Positions 1 to 12,032 of a stretch of 64,000 bases of DNA are shown here, one piece after another. The notes below the pieces were generated by a model. The model was not told the DNA's origin and did not search any database. It worked only from the letters and a program-made list of their open reading frames with translations. The stretch lies in contig OZ237777.1 of NCBI GenBank assembly GCA_965178125.1, forward strand, positions 1-64,000. The letters are read 5' to 3'. The translations under genes were made by a program, and so were the position numbers. Each line of letters starts with the position of its first letter. Position 1 is the first letter of the stretch. The stretch comes from Bilabrum cf. latius (lineage: Eukaryota).

Positions 1-202
1 AGTAGGAGCCAAGAGGCATTCTGTTTAGTCTTGACTATAAGCCAACGAATATCTGGTATTAATACAATCCTCCAAAAATAAACCACTGCCATAAACATCA
101 TCTCAACAGAACTACTGACTATCAAACGACTATCATCACAAAGACGTGATTCCCATATTTTGAACGTGACATTATCAAGTGACCCCACTGACATCAAAGA
201 AA

Positions 203-1070
203 TTTTTGCACCATGTTGTGGCCCTAGGCCGTCCCAATGCAATTTGAACGGTCTTCATATCTCCTGTGGTTGCCGAGATCGTATCCCACAGGATTTCAGC
301 ATGAAAATCTTCAAGGCCCAATATTGGCGCCGCGCGTCAAAAACGGAACCTGGGGAACATTTGCCCCATGTTGTGGCCCTAGGCCGTCCCAATGCAATTT
401 GAACGGTCTTCATATCTCCTGTAGTTGCCGAGATCGTATCCCGCAGGATTTCAGCATGAAAATCTTCAAGGCCCAATATTGGCGCCGCGCGTCAAAAACG
501 GAACCTGGGGAACATTTTCCCCATGTTGTGGCCCTAGGCCGTCCCAATGCAATTTGAACGGTCTTCATATCTCCTGTGGTTGCCGAGATCGTATCCCGCA
601 GGATTTCAGCATGAAAATCTTCAAGGCCCAATATTGGCGCCGCGCGTCAAAAACGGAACCTGGGGAACATTTGCCCCATGTTGTGGCCCTAGGCCGTCCC
701 AATGCAATTTGAACGGTCTTCATATCTCCTGTAGTTGCCGAGATCGTATCCCGCAGGATTTCAGCATGAAAATCTTCAAGGCCCAATATTGGCGCCGCGC
801 GTCAAAAACGGAACCTGGGGAACATTTGCCCCATGTTGTGGCCCTAGGCCGTCCCAATGCAATTTGAACGGTCTTCATATCTCCTGTAGTTGCCGAGATC
901 GTATCCCGCAGGATTTCAGCATGAAAATCTTCAAGGCCCAATATTGGCGCCGCGCGTCAAAAACGGAACCTGGGGAACATTTGCCCCATGTTGTGGCCCT
1001 AGGCCGTCCCAATACAATTTGAACGGTCTTCATATCTCCTGTGGTTGCCGAGATCGTATCCCGCAGGATT
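203..1070. repeat. 155-bp tandem satellite, array 1 (~5.6 copies)
   Basis: catgttgtggccctaggccgtccc recurs at 212, 367, 522, 677, 832 and 987 (period 155). Confidence 0.97.
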
Positions 1071-1133
1071 TTGTCAAAATTCGAAGATGAAAATATTTTT
1101 TCCCCGACCCTGTCCCTGACTTTATATTAGATA
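1071..1133. other. 63-bp linker joining the 155-bp satellite to the telomeric tract (copy 1)
   Basis: ttgtcaaaa..gaagatgaaa..ttccccgaccctgtccctgactttata.tagata, nearly identical to 8021-8083. Confidence 0.9.
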
Positions 1134-1679
1134 CCCTAACCCTAACCCTAACCCTAACCCTAACCCTAACCCTAACCCTAACCCTAACCCTAACCCTAAC
1201 CCTAACCCTAACCCTAACCCTAACCCTAACCCTAACCCTAACCCTAACCCTAACCCTAACCCTAACCCTAACCCTAACCCTAACCCTAACCCTAACCCTA
1301 ACCCTAACCCTAACCCTAACCCTAACCCTAACCCTAACCCTAACCCTAACCCTAACCCTAACCCTAACCCTAACCCTAACCCTAACCCTAACCCTAACCC
1401 TAACCCTAACCCTAACCCTAACCCTAACCCTAACCCTAACCCTAACCCTAACCCTAACCCTAACCCTAACCCTAACCCTAACCCTAACCCTAACCCTAAC
1501 CCTAACCCTAACCCTAACCCTAACCCTAACCCTAACCCTAACCCTAACCCTAACCCTAACCCTAACCCTAACCCTAACCCTAACCCTAACCCTAACCCTA
1601 ACCCTAACCCTAACCCTAACCCTAACCCTAACCCTAACCCTAACCCTAACCCTAACCCTAACCCTAACCCTAACCCTAA
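1134..1679 (+). repeat. Internal telomeric tract (CCCTAA)91
   Basis: Perfect CCCTAA hexamers with non-telomeric sequence on both sides. Confidence 0.98.
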
Positions 1680-1689
1680 CCCCAAACCC

Positions 1690-4600
1690 GAAACCGCCCT
1701 GGGTAGGTTTTGAAACCGCCCTGGGTAGGTTTTGAAACCGCCCTGGGTAGGTTTTGAAACCGCCCTGGGTAGGTTTTGAAACCGCCCTGGGTAGGTTTTG
1801 AAACCGCCCTGGGTAGGTTTTGAAACCGCCCTGGGTAGGTTTTGAAACCGCCCTGGGTAGGTTTTGAAACCGCCCTGGGTAGGTTTTGAAACCGCCCTGG
1901 GTAGGTTTTGAAACCGCCCTGGGTAGGTTTTGAAACCGCCCTGGGTAGGTTTTGAAACCGCCCTGGGTAGGTTTTGAAACCGCCCTGGGTAGGTTTTGAA
2001 ACCGCCCTGGGTAGGTTTTGAAACCGCCCTGGGTAGGTTTTGAAACCGCCCTGGGTAGGTTTTGAAACCGCCCTGGGTAGGTTTTGAAACCGCCCTGGGT
2101 AGGTTTTGAAACCGCCCTGGGTAGGTTTTGAAACCGCCCTGGGTAGGTTTTGAAACCGCCCTGGGTAGGTTTTGAAACCGCCCTGGGTAGGTTTTGAAAC
2201 CGCCCTGGGTAGGTTTTGAAACCGCCCTGGGTAGGTTTTGAAACCTCCCTGGGTAGGTTTTGAAACCTCCCTGGGTAGGTTTTGAAACCTCCCTGGGTAG
2301 GTTTTGAAACCTCCCTGGGTAGGTTTTGAAACCTCCCTGGGTAGGTTTTGAAACCGCCCTGGGTAGGTTTTGAAACCGCCCTGGGTAGGTTTTGAAACCG
2401 CCCTGGGTAGGTTTTGAAACCGCCCTGGGTAGGTTTTGAAACCGCCCTGGGTAGGTTTTGAAACCGCCCTGGGTAGGTTTTGAAACCGCCCTGGGTAGGT
2501 TTTGAAACCGCCCTGGGTAGGTTTTGAAACCGCCCTGGGTAGGTTTTGAAACCGCCCTGGGTAGGTTTTGAAACCGCCCTGGGTAGGTTTTGAAACCGCC
2601 CTGGGTAGGTTTTGAAACCGCCCTGGGTAGGTTTTGAAACCGCCCTGGGTAGGTTTTGAAACCTCCCTGGGTAGGTTTTGAAACCTCCCTGGGTAGGTTT
2701 TGAAACCGCCCTGGGTAGGTTTTGAAACCGCCCTGGGTAGGTTTTGAAACCGCCCTGGGTAGGTTTTGAAACCGCCCTGGGTAGGTTTTGAAACCGCCCT
2801 GGGTAGGTTTTGAAACCGCCCTGGGTAGGTTTTGAAACCGCCCTGGGTAGGTTTTGAAACCGCCCTGGGTAGGTTTTGAAACCGCCCTGGGTAGGTTTTG
2901 AAACCGCCCTGGGTAGGTTTTGAAACCGCCCTGGGTAGGTTTTGAAACCGCCCTGGGTAGGTTTTGAAACCGCCCTGGGTAGGTTTTGAAACCGCCCTGG
3001 GTAGGTTTTGAAACCGCCCTGGGTAGGTTTTGAAACCGCCCTGGGTAGGTTTTGAAACCGCCCTGGGTAGGTTTTGAAACCGCCCTGGGTAGGTTTTGAA
3101 ACCGCCCTGGGTAGGTTTTGAAACCGCCCTGGGTAGGTTTTGAAACCGCCCTGGGTAGGTTTTGAAACCGCCCTGGGTAGGTTTCGAAACCGCCCTGGGT
3201 AGGTTTTGAAACCGCCCTGGGTAGGTTTTGAAACCGCCCTGGGTAGGTTTTGAAACCGCCCTGGGTAGGTTTTGAAACCGCCCTGGGTAGGTTTTGAAAC
3301 CGCCCTGGGTAGGTTTTGAAACCGCCCTGGGTAGGTTTTGAAACCGCCCTGGGTAGGTTTTGAAACCGCCCTGGGTAGGTTTTGAAACCGCCCTGGGTAG
3401 GTTTTGAAACCGCCCTGGGTAGGTTTTGAAACCGCCCTGGGTAGGTTTTGAAACCGCCCTGGGTAGGTTTTGAAACCGCCCTGGGTAGGTTTTGAAACCG
3501 CCCTGGGTAGGTTTTGAAACCGCCCTGGGTAGGTTTTGAAACCGCCCTGGGTAGGTTTTGAAACCGCCCTGGGTAGGTTTTGAAACCGCCCTGGGTAGGT
3601 TTTGAAACCGCCCTGGGTAGGTTTTGAAACCGCCCTGGGTAGGTTTTGAAACCGCCCTGGGTAGGTTTTGAAACCGCCCTGGGTAGGTTTTGAAACCGCC
3701 CTGGGTAGGTTTTGAAACCTCCCTGGGTAGGTTTTGAAACCTCCCTGGGTAGGTTTTGAAACCGCCCTGGGTAGGTTTTGAAACCTCCCTGGGTAGGTTT
3801 TGAAACCGCCCTGGGTAGGTTTTGAAACCGCCCTGGGTAGGTTTTGAAACCGCCCTGGGTAGGTTTTGAAACCGCCCTGGGTAGGTTTTGAAACCGCCCT
3901 GGGTAGGTTTTGAAACCGCCCTGGGTAGGTTTTGAAACCGCCCTGGGTAGGTTTTGAAACCTCCCTGGGTAGGTTTTGAAACCTCCCTGGGTAGGTTTTG
4001 AAACCTCCCTGGGTAGGTTTTGAAACCTCCCTGGGTAGGTTTTGAAACCGCCCTGGGTAGGTTTTGAAACCGCCCTGGGTAGGTTTTGAAACCGCCCTGG
4101 GTAGGTTTTGAAACCGCCCTGGGTAGGTTTTGAAACCGCCCTGGGTAGGTTTTGAAACCGCCCTGGGTAGGTTTTGAAACCGCCCTGGGTAGGTTTTGAA
4201 ACCGCCCTGGGTAGGTTTTGAAACCGCCCTGGGTAGGTTTTGAAACCGCCCTGGGTAGGTTTTGAAACCGCCCTGGGTAGGTTTTGAAACCGCCCTGGGT
4301 AGGTTTTGAAACCGCCCTGGGTAGGTTTTGAAACCGCCCTGGGTAGGTTTTGAAACCGCCCTGGGTAGGTTTTGAAACCTCCCTGGGTAGGTTTTGAAAC
4401 CTCCCTGGGTAGGTTTTGAAACCGCCCTGGGTAGGTTTTGAAACCGCCCTGGGTAGGTTTTGAAACCGCCCTGGGTAGGTTTTGAAACCGCCCTGGGTAG
4501 GTTTTGAAACCGCCCTGGGTAGGTTTTGAAACCGCCCTGGGTAGGTTTTGAAACCGCCCTGGGTAGGTTTTGAAACCGCCCTGGGTAGGTTTTGAAACCG

Positions 4601-6178
4601 CCCTGGGTAGGTTTTGAAACCGCCCTGGGTAGGTTTTGAAACCGCCCTGGGTAGGTTTTGAAACCGCCCTGGGTAGGTTTTGAAACCGCCCTGGGTAGGT
4701 TTTGAAACCGCCCTGGGTAGGTTTTGAAACCGCCCTGGGTAGGTTTTGAAACCGCCCTGGGTAGGTTTTGAAACCGCCCTGGGTAGGTTTTGAAACCGCC
4801 CTGGGTAGGTTTTGAAACCGCCCTGGGTAGGTTTTGAAACCGCCCTGGGTAGGTTTTGAAACCGCCCTGGGTAGGTTTTGAAACCGCCCTGGGTAGGTTT
4901 TGAAACCGCCCTGGGTAGGTTTCGAAACCGCCCTGGGTAGGTTTTGAAACCGCCCTGGGTAGGTTTTGAAACCGCCCTGGGTAGGTTTTGAAACCGCCCT
5001 GGGTAGGTTTTGAAACCGCCCTGGGTAGGTTTTGAAACCGCCCTGGGTAGGTTTTGAAACCGCCCTGGGTAGGTTTTGAAACCGCCCTGGGTAGGTTTTG
5101 AAACCGCCCTGGGTAGGTTTTGAAACCGCCCTGGGTAGGTTTTGAAACCGCCCTGGGTAGGTTTTGAAACCGCCCTGGGTAGGTTTTGAAACCGCCCTGG
5201 GTAGGTTTTGAAACCGCCCTGGGTAGGTTTTGAAACCGCCCTGGGTAGGTTTTGAAACCGCCCTGGGTAGGTTTTGAAACCGCCCTGGGTAGGTTTTGAA
5301 ACCGCCCTGGGTAGGTTTTGAAACCGCCCTGGGTAGGTTTTGAAACCGCCCTGGGTAGGTTTTGAAACCGCCCTGGGTAGGTTTTGAAACCGCCCTGGGT
5401 AGGTTTTGAAACCGCCCTGGGTAGGTTTTGAAACCGCCCTGGGTAGGTTTTGAAACCGCCCTGGGTAGGTTTTGAAACCGCCCTGGGTAGGTTTTGAAAC
5501 CGCCCTGGGTAGGTTTTGAAACCGCCCTGGGTAGGTTTTGAAACCGCCCTGGGTAGGTTTTGAAACCGCCCTGGGTAGGTTTTGAAACCGCCCTGGGTAG
5601 GTTTTGAAACCGCCCTGGGTAGGTTTTGAAACCGCCCTGGGTAGGTTTTGAAACCGCCCTGGGTAGGTTTTGAAACCGCCCTGGGTAGGTTTTGAAACCG
5701 CCCTGGGTAGGTTTTGAAACCGCCCTGGGTAGGTTTTGAAACCGCCCTGGGTAGGTTTTGAAACCGCCCTGGGTAGGTTTTGAAACCGCCCTGGGTAGGT
5801 TTTGAAACCGCCCTGGGTAGGTTTTGAAACCGCCCTGGGTAGGTTTTGAAACCGCCCTGGGTAGGTTTTGAAACCGCCCTGGGTAGGTTTTGAAACCGCC
5901 CTGGGTAGGTTTTGAAACCGCCCTGGGTAGGTTTTGAAACCGCCCTGGGTAGGTTTTGAAACCGCCCTGGGTAGGTTTTGAAACCGCCCTGGGTAGGTTT
6001 TGAAACCGCCCTGGGTAGGTTTTGAAACCGCCCTGGGTAGGTTTTGAAACCGCCCTGGGTAGGTTTTGAAACCGCCCTGGGTAGGTTTTGAAACCGCCCT
6101 GGGTAGGTTTTGAAACCGCCCTGGGTAGGTTTTGAAACCGCCCTGGGTAGGTTTTGAAACCTCCCCCGAGTAGGTTTC
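1690..6178. repeat. 22-bp minisatellite GAAACCGCCCTGGGTAGGTTTT (~204 copies)
   Basis: Highly homogeneous period-22 array with rare G>T (CCTCCC) and T>C (TTTCGAAA) variants. Confidence 0.98.
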
Positions 6179-6215
6179 AATACGCCATACTTGCACTGAA
6201 TGAAGTACAATGAAT

Positions 6216-8020
6216 CTGAGGAACATTTGGCCAATGTTGTGGCCCTAGGCCGTCCCAACGCAATTTGAACGGTCTTCATATCTCCTGTGGTTGCCGAGAT
6301 CGTATCCCGCAGGATTTCAGCATGAAAATCTTCAAGGCCCAATATTGGCGCCGTGCGTCAAAAGCGGAACCTGAGGAACATTTGGCCAATGATGTGGCCC
6401 TAGGCCGTCCCAATGCAATTTTAACGGTCTTCATATCTCCTGTGGTTGCCGAGATCGTATCCCGCAGGATTTCAGCATGAAAATCTTCAAGGCCCAATAT
6501 TGGCGCCGCGCGTCAAAAGCGGAACCTGAGGAACATTTGGCCAATGATGTGGCCCTAGGCCGTCCCAACGCAATTTGAACGGTCTTCATATCTCCTGTGG
6601 TTGCCGAGATCGTATCCCGCAGGATTTCAGCATGAAAATCTTCAAGGCCCAATATTGGCGCTGCGCGTCAAAAGCGGAACCTGAGGAACATTTGGCCAAT
6701 GTTGTGGCCCTAGGCCGTCCCAACGCAATTTGAACGGTCTTCATATCTCCTGTGGTTGCCGAGATCGTATCCCGCAGGATTTCAGCATGAAAATCTTCAA
6801 GGCCCAATATTGGCGCCGCGCGTCAAAAGCGGAACCTGAGGAACATTTGGCCAATGATGTGGCTCTAGGCCGTCCCAACGCAATTTGAACGGTCTTCATA
6901 TCTCCTGTGGTTGCCGAGATCGTATCCCGCAGGATTTCAGCATGAAAATCTTCAAGGCCCAATATTGGCGCCGCGCGTCAAAAGCGGAACCTGAGGAACA
7001 TTTGGCCAATGATGTGGCCCTAGGCCGTCCCAACGCAATTTGAACGGTCTTCATATCTCCTGTGGTTGCCGAGATCGTATCCCGCAGGATTTCAGCATGA
7101 AAATCTTCAAGGCCCAATATTGGCGCCGCGCGTCAAAAGCGGAACCTGAGGAACATTTGGCCAATGATGTGGCTCTAGGCCGTCCCAACGCAATTTGAAC
7201 GGTCTTCATATCTCCTGTGGTTGCCGAGATCGTATCCCGCAGGATTTCAGCATGAAAATCTTCAAGGCCCAATATTGGCGCCGCGCGTCAAAAGCGGAAC
7301 CTGAGGAACATTTGGCCAATGATGTGGCCCTAGGCCGTCCCAACGCAATTTGAACGGTCTTCATATCTCCTGTGGTTGCCGAGATCGTATCCCGCAGGAT
7401 TTCAGCATGAAAATCTTCAAGGCCCAATATTGGCGCCGCGCGTCAAAAGCGGAACCTGAGGAACATTTGGCCAATGATGTGGCTCTAGGCCGTCCCAATG
7501 CAATTTTAACGGTCTTCATATCTCCTGTGGTTGCCGAGATCGTATCCCGCAGGATTTCAGCATGAAAATCTTCAAGGCCCAATATTGGCGCCGCGCGTCA
7601 AAAGCGGAACCTGAGGAACATTTGGCCAATGTTGTGGCCCTAGGCCGTCCCAACGCAATTTGAACGGTCTTCATATCTCCTGTGGTTGCCGAGATCGTAT
7701 CCCGCAGGATTTCAGCATGAAAATCTTCAAGGCCCAATATTGGCGCCGCGCGTCAAAAGCGGAACCTGAGGAACATTTGGCCAATGTTGTGGCCCTAGGC
7801 CGTCCCAACGCAATTTGAACGGTCTTCATATCTCCTGTGGTTGCCGAGATCGTATCCCGCAGGATTTCAGCATGAAAATCTTCAAGGCCCAATATTGGCG
7901 CCGCGCGTCAAAAGCGGAACCTGAGGAACATTTGGCCAATGATGTGGCCCTAGGCCGTCCCAACGCAATTTGAACGGTCTTCATATCTCCTGTGGTTGCC
8001 GAGATCGTATCCCGCAGGAT
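6216..8020. repeat. 155-bp tandem satellite, array 2 (~11.6 copies)
   Basis: Same unit as array 1 with array-specific substitutions (aaagcggaacctgagg..ggccaat versus aaaacggaacctgggg..gccccat). Confidence 0.97.
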
Positions 8021-8083
8021 TTTGTCAAAAAGTGAAGATGAAAATATTTTTCCCCGACCCTGTCCCTGACTTTATAATAGATA
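8021..8083. other. 63-bp satellite-telomere linker (copy 2)
   Basis: Matches 1071-1133 and has the same junction tagata|ccctaa. Confidence 0.9.
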
Positions 8084-9289
8084 CCCTAACCCTAACCCTA
8101 ACCCTAACCCTAACCCTAACCCTAACCCTAACCCTAACCCTAACCCTAACCCTAACCCTAACCCTAACCCTAACCCTAACCCTAACCCTAACCCTAACCC
8201 TAACCCTAACCCTAACCCTAACCCTAACCCTAACCCTAACCCTAACCCTAACCCTAACCCTAACCCTAACCCTAACCCTAACCCTAACCCTAACCCTAAC
8301 CCTAACCCTAACCCTAACCCTAACCCTAACCCTAACCCTAACCCTAACCCTAACCCTAACCCTAACCCTAACCCTAACCCTAACCCTAACCCTAACCCTA
8401 ACCCTAACCCTAACCCTAACCCTAACCCTAACCCTAACCCTAACCCTAACCCTAACCCTAACCCTAACCCTAACCCTAACCCTAACCCTAACCCTAACCC
8501 TAACCCTAACCCTAACCCTAACCCTAACCCTAACCCTAACCCTAACCCTAACCCTAACCCTAACCCTAACCCTAACCCTAACCCTAACCCTAACCCTAAC
8601 CCTAACCCTAACCCTAACCCTAACCCTAACCCTAACCCTAACCCTAACCCTAACCCTAACCCTAACCCTAACCCTAACCCTAACCCTAACCCTAACCCTA
8701 ACCCTAACCCTAACCCTAACCCTAACCCTAACCCTAACCCTAACCCTAACCCTAACCCTAACCCTAACCCTAACCCTAACCCTAACCCTAACCCTAACCC
8801 TAACCCTAACCCTAACCCTAACCCTAACCCTAACCCTAACCCTAACCCTAACCCTAACCCTAACCCTAACCCTAACCCTAACCCTAACCCTAACCCTAAC
8901 CCTAACCCTAACCCTAACCCTAACCCTAACCCTAACCCTAACCCTAACCCTAACCCTAACCCTAACCCTAACCCTAACCCTAACCCTAACCCTAACCCTA
9001 ACCCTAACCCTAACCCTAACCCTAACCCTAACCCTAACCCTAACCCTAACCCTAACCCTAACCCTAACCCTAACCCTAACCCTAACCCTAACCCTAACCC
9101 TAACCCTAACCCTAACCCTAACCCTAACCCTAACCCTAACCCTAACCCTAACCCTAACCCTAACCCTAACCCTAACCCTAACCCTAACCCTAACCCTAAC
9201 CCTAACCCTAACCCTAACCCTAACCCTAACCCTAACCCTAACCCTAACCCTAACCCTAACCCTAACCCTAACCCTAACCCTAACCCTAA
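8084..9289 (+). repeat. Internal telomeric tract (CCCTAA)201
   Basis: Perfect hexamers, followed by a degenerate A-rich stretch at 9290-9337. Confidence 0.98.
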
Positions 9290-9337
9290 CCCAAACCCTA
9301 AAAAAAACCCAAACCAAACCTAAAAAAAAAAAACCTA

Positions 9338-9747
9338 GGCTGTGCCGGGGCAAGCAGGTCGGGAGAGCGGGCGATGGATGGGGGCCATGGTGGCTGTGCC
9401 GGGGCAAGCAGGTCGGGAGAGCGGGCGATGGATGGGGGCCATGGTGGCTGTGCCGGGGCAAGCAGGTCGGGAGAGCGGGCGATGGATGGGGGCCATGGTG
9501 GCTGTGCCGGGGCAAGCAGGTTGGGAGAGCGGGCGATGGATGGTGGCCACGGTGGCTGTGCCGGGGCAAGCAGGTCGGGAGAGCGGGCGATGGAGGGGGG
9601 CCATGGTGGCTGTGCCGGGGCAAGCAGGTTGGGAGAGCGGGCGATGGATGGGGGCCATGGTGCTAACCCTAACCCTGGATGGGGGCCATGGTGGCTGTGC
9701 CGGGGCAAGCAGGTTGGGAGAGCGGGCGATGGAGGGGGGCCATGGTG
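9338..9747. repeat. 54-bp G-rich telomere-adjacent minisatellite (~7 copies)
   Basis: ggctgtgccggggcaagcaggtcgggagagcgggcgatggatgggggccatggt at 9338, 9392, 9446 and onward; interrupted by ctaaccctaaccct at 9663-9676. Confidence 0.95.
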
Positions 9748-9945
9748 CCTTTGGGTTAGGACCTGGTTAGTGTGCGGCACATAGTGGGGTCTGGTGGGTG
9801 TCTGGGGGATCTGGTGAGTGTGCGGCACATGGTGTGATGTGCTACTTGTCTGTGAAAGTGAATCATTGATCATAAGTGGACGGTGCATCTGCGTCCAGGC
9901 CAAGCAACTGAAGCGTGAGGGCGGACCTGCAGGCAAGGCTGTGCT

Positions 9946-10557
9946 TTGGGGCCGCTGAGCCCGTCAACCAGCTCTTCTACAGCTCGCCCCTCCCTGGCTC
10001 ACGCGGGCAGGGCAGAGGCAGAGCAGACAGCAGCCGAGGCGAACGACCGCGCTAAAGAGGCCGAGTCGAGGAGGCGGGCCATCCAGGGCCAGGTGAAGGC
10101 GCTAGAGGCCAAGCTGGCAGCCACTGAGGAGGCACTGCAGCAAGCACGGGACTAGGTATAGGCGGCAGAAGAGGCCGCTGAATAGGCTCTGGCCGCGATG
10201 GACACAGGCATGCGTAGCATCACGCAGGCGAGGACGACGGGCACCACTGCCAGTGGTGGCACGGGCAAGTGCGAGGACCGGGCGCGGCTGCGCGACGGCA
10301 CCGACGAGGCGGAGGGGGGCGCGGCGGCCGCCGTGGTGGGCGCCGGGGGTGGAATCGGCGCAGCTGCCGCGCTGCAGGACGCTGCGAATGGCGGTGACGT
10401 CGTGGCTGATCCGGTGCGCGAGAAAGTTCCCATTCCCGAGGCGTGGATCGATGCCGAGAGGGGAGGACACGGAGGACGCGCCTTAGGCGGCCAGAGGGCC
10501 GGCGGCTGTGATGGCCAGCAGGCAGTCGTAGGCGTTCGACGCAAACGGATGCAATAA
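9946..10557 (+). CDS. 3' part of a coiled-coil protein, open if TAG is read as Gln; 5' exon structure unresolved
   Basis: Track ORFs 9946-10155 and 10198-10557 are in the same frame. The gap reads LAATEEALQQARD*V*AAEEAAE*ALAAMD with TAGs at 10153, 10159 and 10183. The next stop is TAA at 10555-10557. Confidence 0.65.
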
Positions 10558-11528
10558 GCTCACCTTGCTATCAGACCCATCGGTTGGCATCATACCACCC
10601 TGCCGGCTCGGGGCGGGATCGACGGCCACACGGCAGCCCCCGCTTAGTCACAGGCCACCCGTGCCATTCAGGCTGAATGGGCAGTAGCTGCACTTGAGTG
10701 ACTCTTTAAATTGGATTCAAACTGATTCGAGAATACCCACATTGTATAACCCTACATTATTACAAGATTGCAGACAGGCGTGCATACATGTCCTTGAACC
10801 CCGTGTGTTTGAAGCTCGTAAGCGATGCAGGACTGTCCCTGCGGCCGCTGTGTGGTACACCATTTGCATGCTGGTTCCGTCCACGTGCCCAGGTAGCCGT
10901 TCTGAGAGTATTGGACACGTATGTCAACTACGCCCAGATTGCGCTGATTTGCACTTGCACGGTTTTTATCTTCTTCTTCCAAGATATTCCAGCCAACGGC
11001 ACGTACAGCATTAGGGCACTTTCATGGACCTAGATGGCCCCTACAAGGAGGATAGTCGGTACTGCTATCATTCATACATGGCATGGGATCATGTGGCGCA
11101 GTCGCACCTCTTGAGTCGCCAATGGAAGGCTGACAGTGGCCCCACCTTTGGAACTCGGCGGAATCCACACAGATCAAGCCTAACGATGACCCTCTAGTTG
11201 CAGACAAACCAACCCTGGATCAAACATATCATTCATGAATCAAATGCCCACTAAACGCGGGCTGGCGATCCAGACGGCACTCCAAGTCAGAGCGCCATGC
11301 GGGACTTAGCTGCAATTCCATTAAAACACATACAATGCAGTCCACACGCCCTATGGAATGCAGCGATACTCGACACAAGTAGTCCCATTACACAAACAGC
11401 ACACACTCCAGCGGCGGGAGCGTATTTTTGTGTGGGGCCCAATGCTCAACCAGCTCGAGCCTTCCCACGCACCGCTGCGCAAGCTCGCCGCACTCCGCTC
11501 AGCCACGCCAGAATGCATCCAACTACCC

Positions 11529-12032
11529 TCACCAGCCCTCTCCCCCTGCCCGTGTGCCCGACTTCATAAACCGCGACATCCTCCTCCTCCTGCTGCTCCT
11601 CGCCTCCCCCCGCATACCCATCACGCCCAAGGATCCGCACCCCACACCAGGCAGCCACAAGCCGCCCTTGGGTCCTGCTGGGGACAGACACACCCGCACG
11701 TCCCTTCCTCGTTCCACCACAAATACCTGCCCCGTGATCGACGCGCGCGGCCCTGAACCACCACGCCCTGCACCCGCTAGATTCAGCTCTGCCAGCGCCT
11801 TCGGTCCATCGAGAGCTAGTAGCCTGGCAAGTGATAAGGACTAGACACCAACAGGCGGTACTGGATTCAACGCTAAAGACGATTCACAGCCACCAGAGGT
11901 CAAGGAGAGCGGCGCACAGGCCGAGCAGGCGCAGGGCGGCGCGGGCGGAACCCCCCTGGAAGCACGGCAACTGTCACGCGCCCCCCACCGCAGTCTCCTC
12001 GCCCACTGCCACACTGGCTCCGTTGAAAACAC
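11529..12032 (-). CDS. Possible exon fragment with a leucine-rich-repeat-like segment (TAG readthrough)
   Basis: Track ORFs 11841-12032 and 11529-11720 join through one TAG: LALNPVPPVGV*SLSLARLLALDGPKALAELNLAG. The LRR resemblance is by eye only. Confidence 0.25.

Noticed and set aside
9290-9337. Variant telomere repeats with long A runs
   Set aside because: Plausibly a sequencing or consensus error at the end of a low-complexity tract.
1030-9666. Very long ORFs (1770, 1516, 556 aa; poly-VR, LG, LT)
   Set aside because: They are translations of stop-free telomeric and 22-bp repeats, open in several frames at once.
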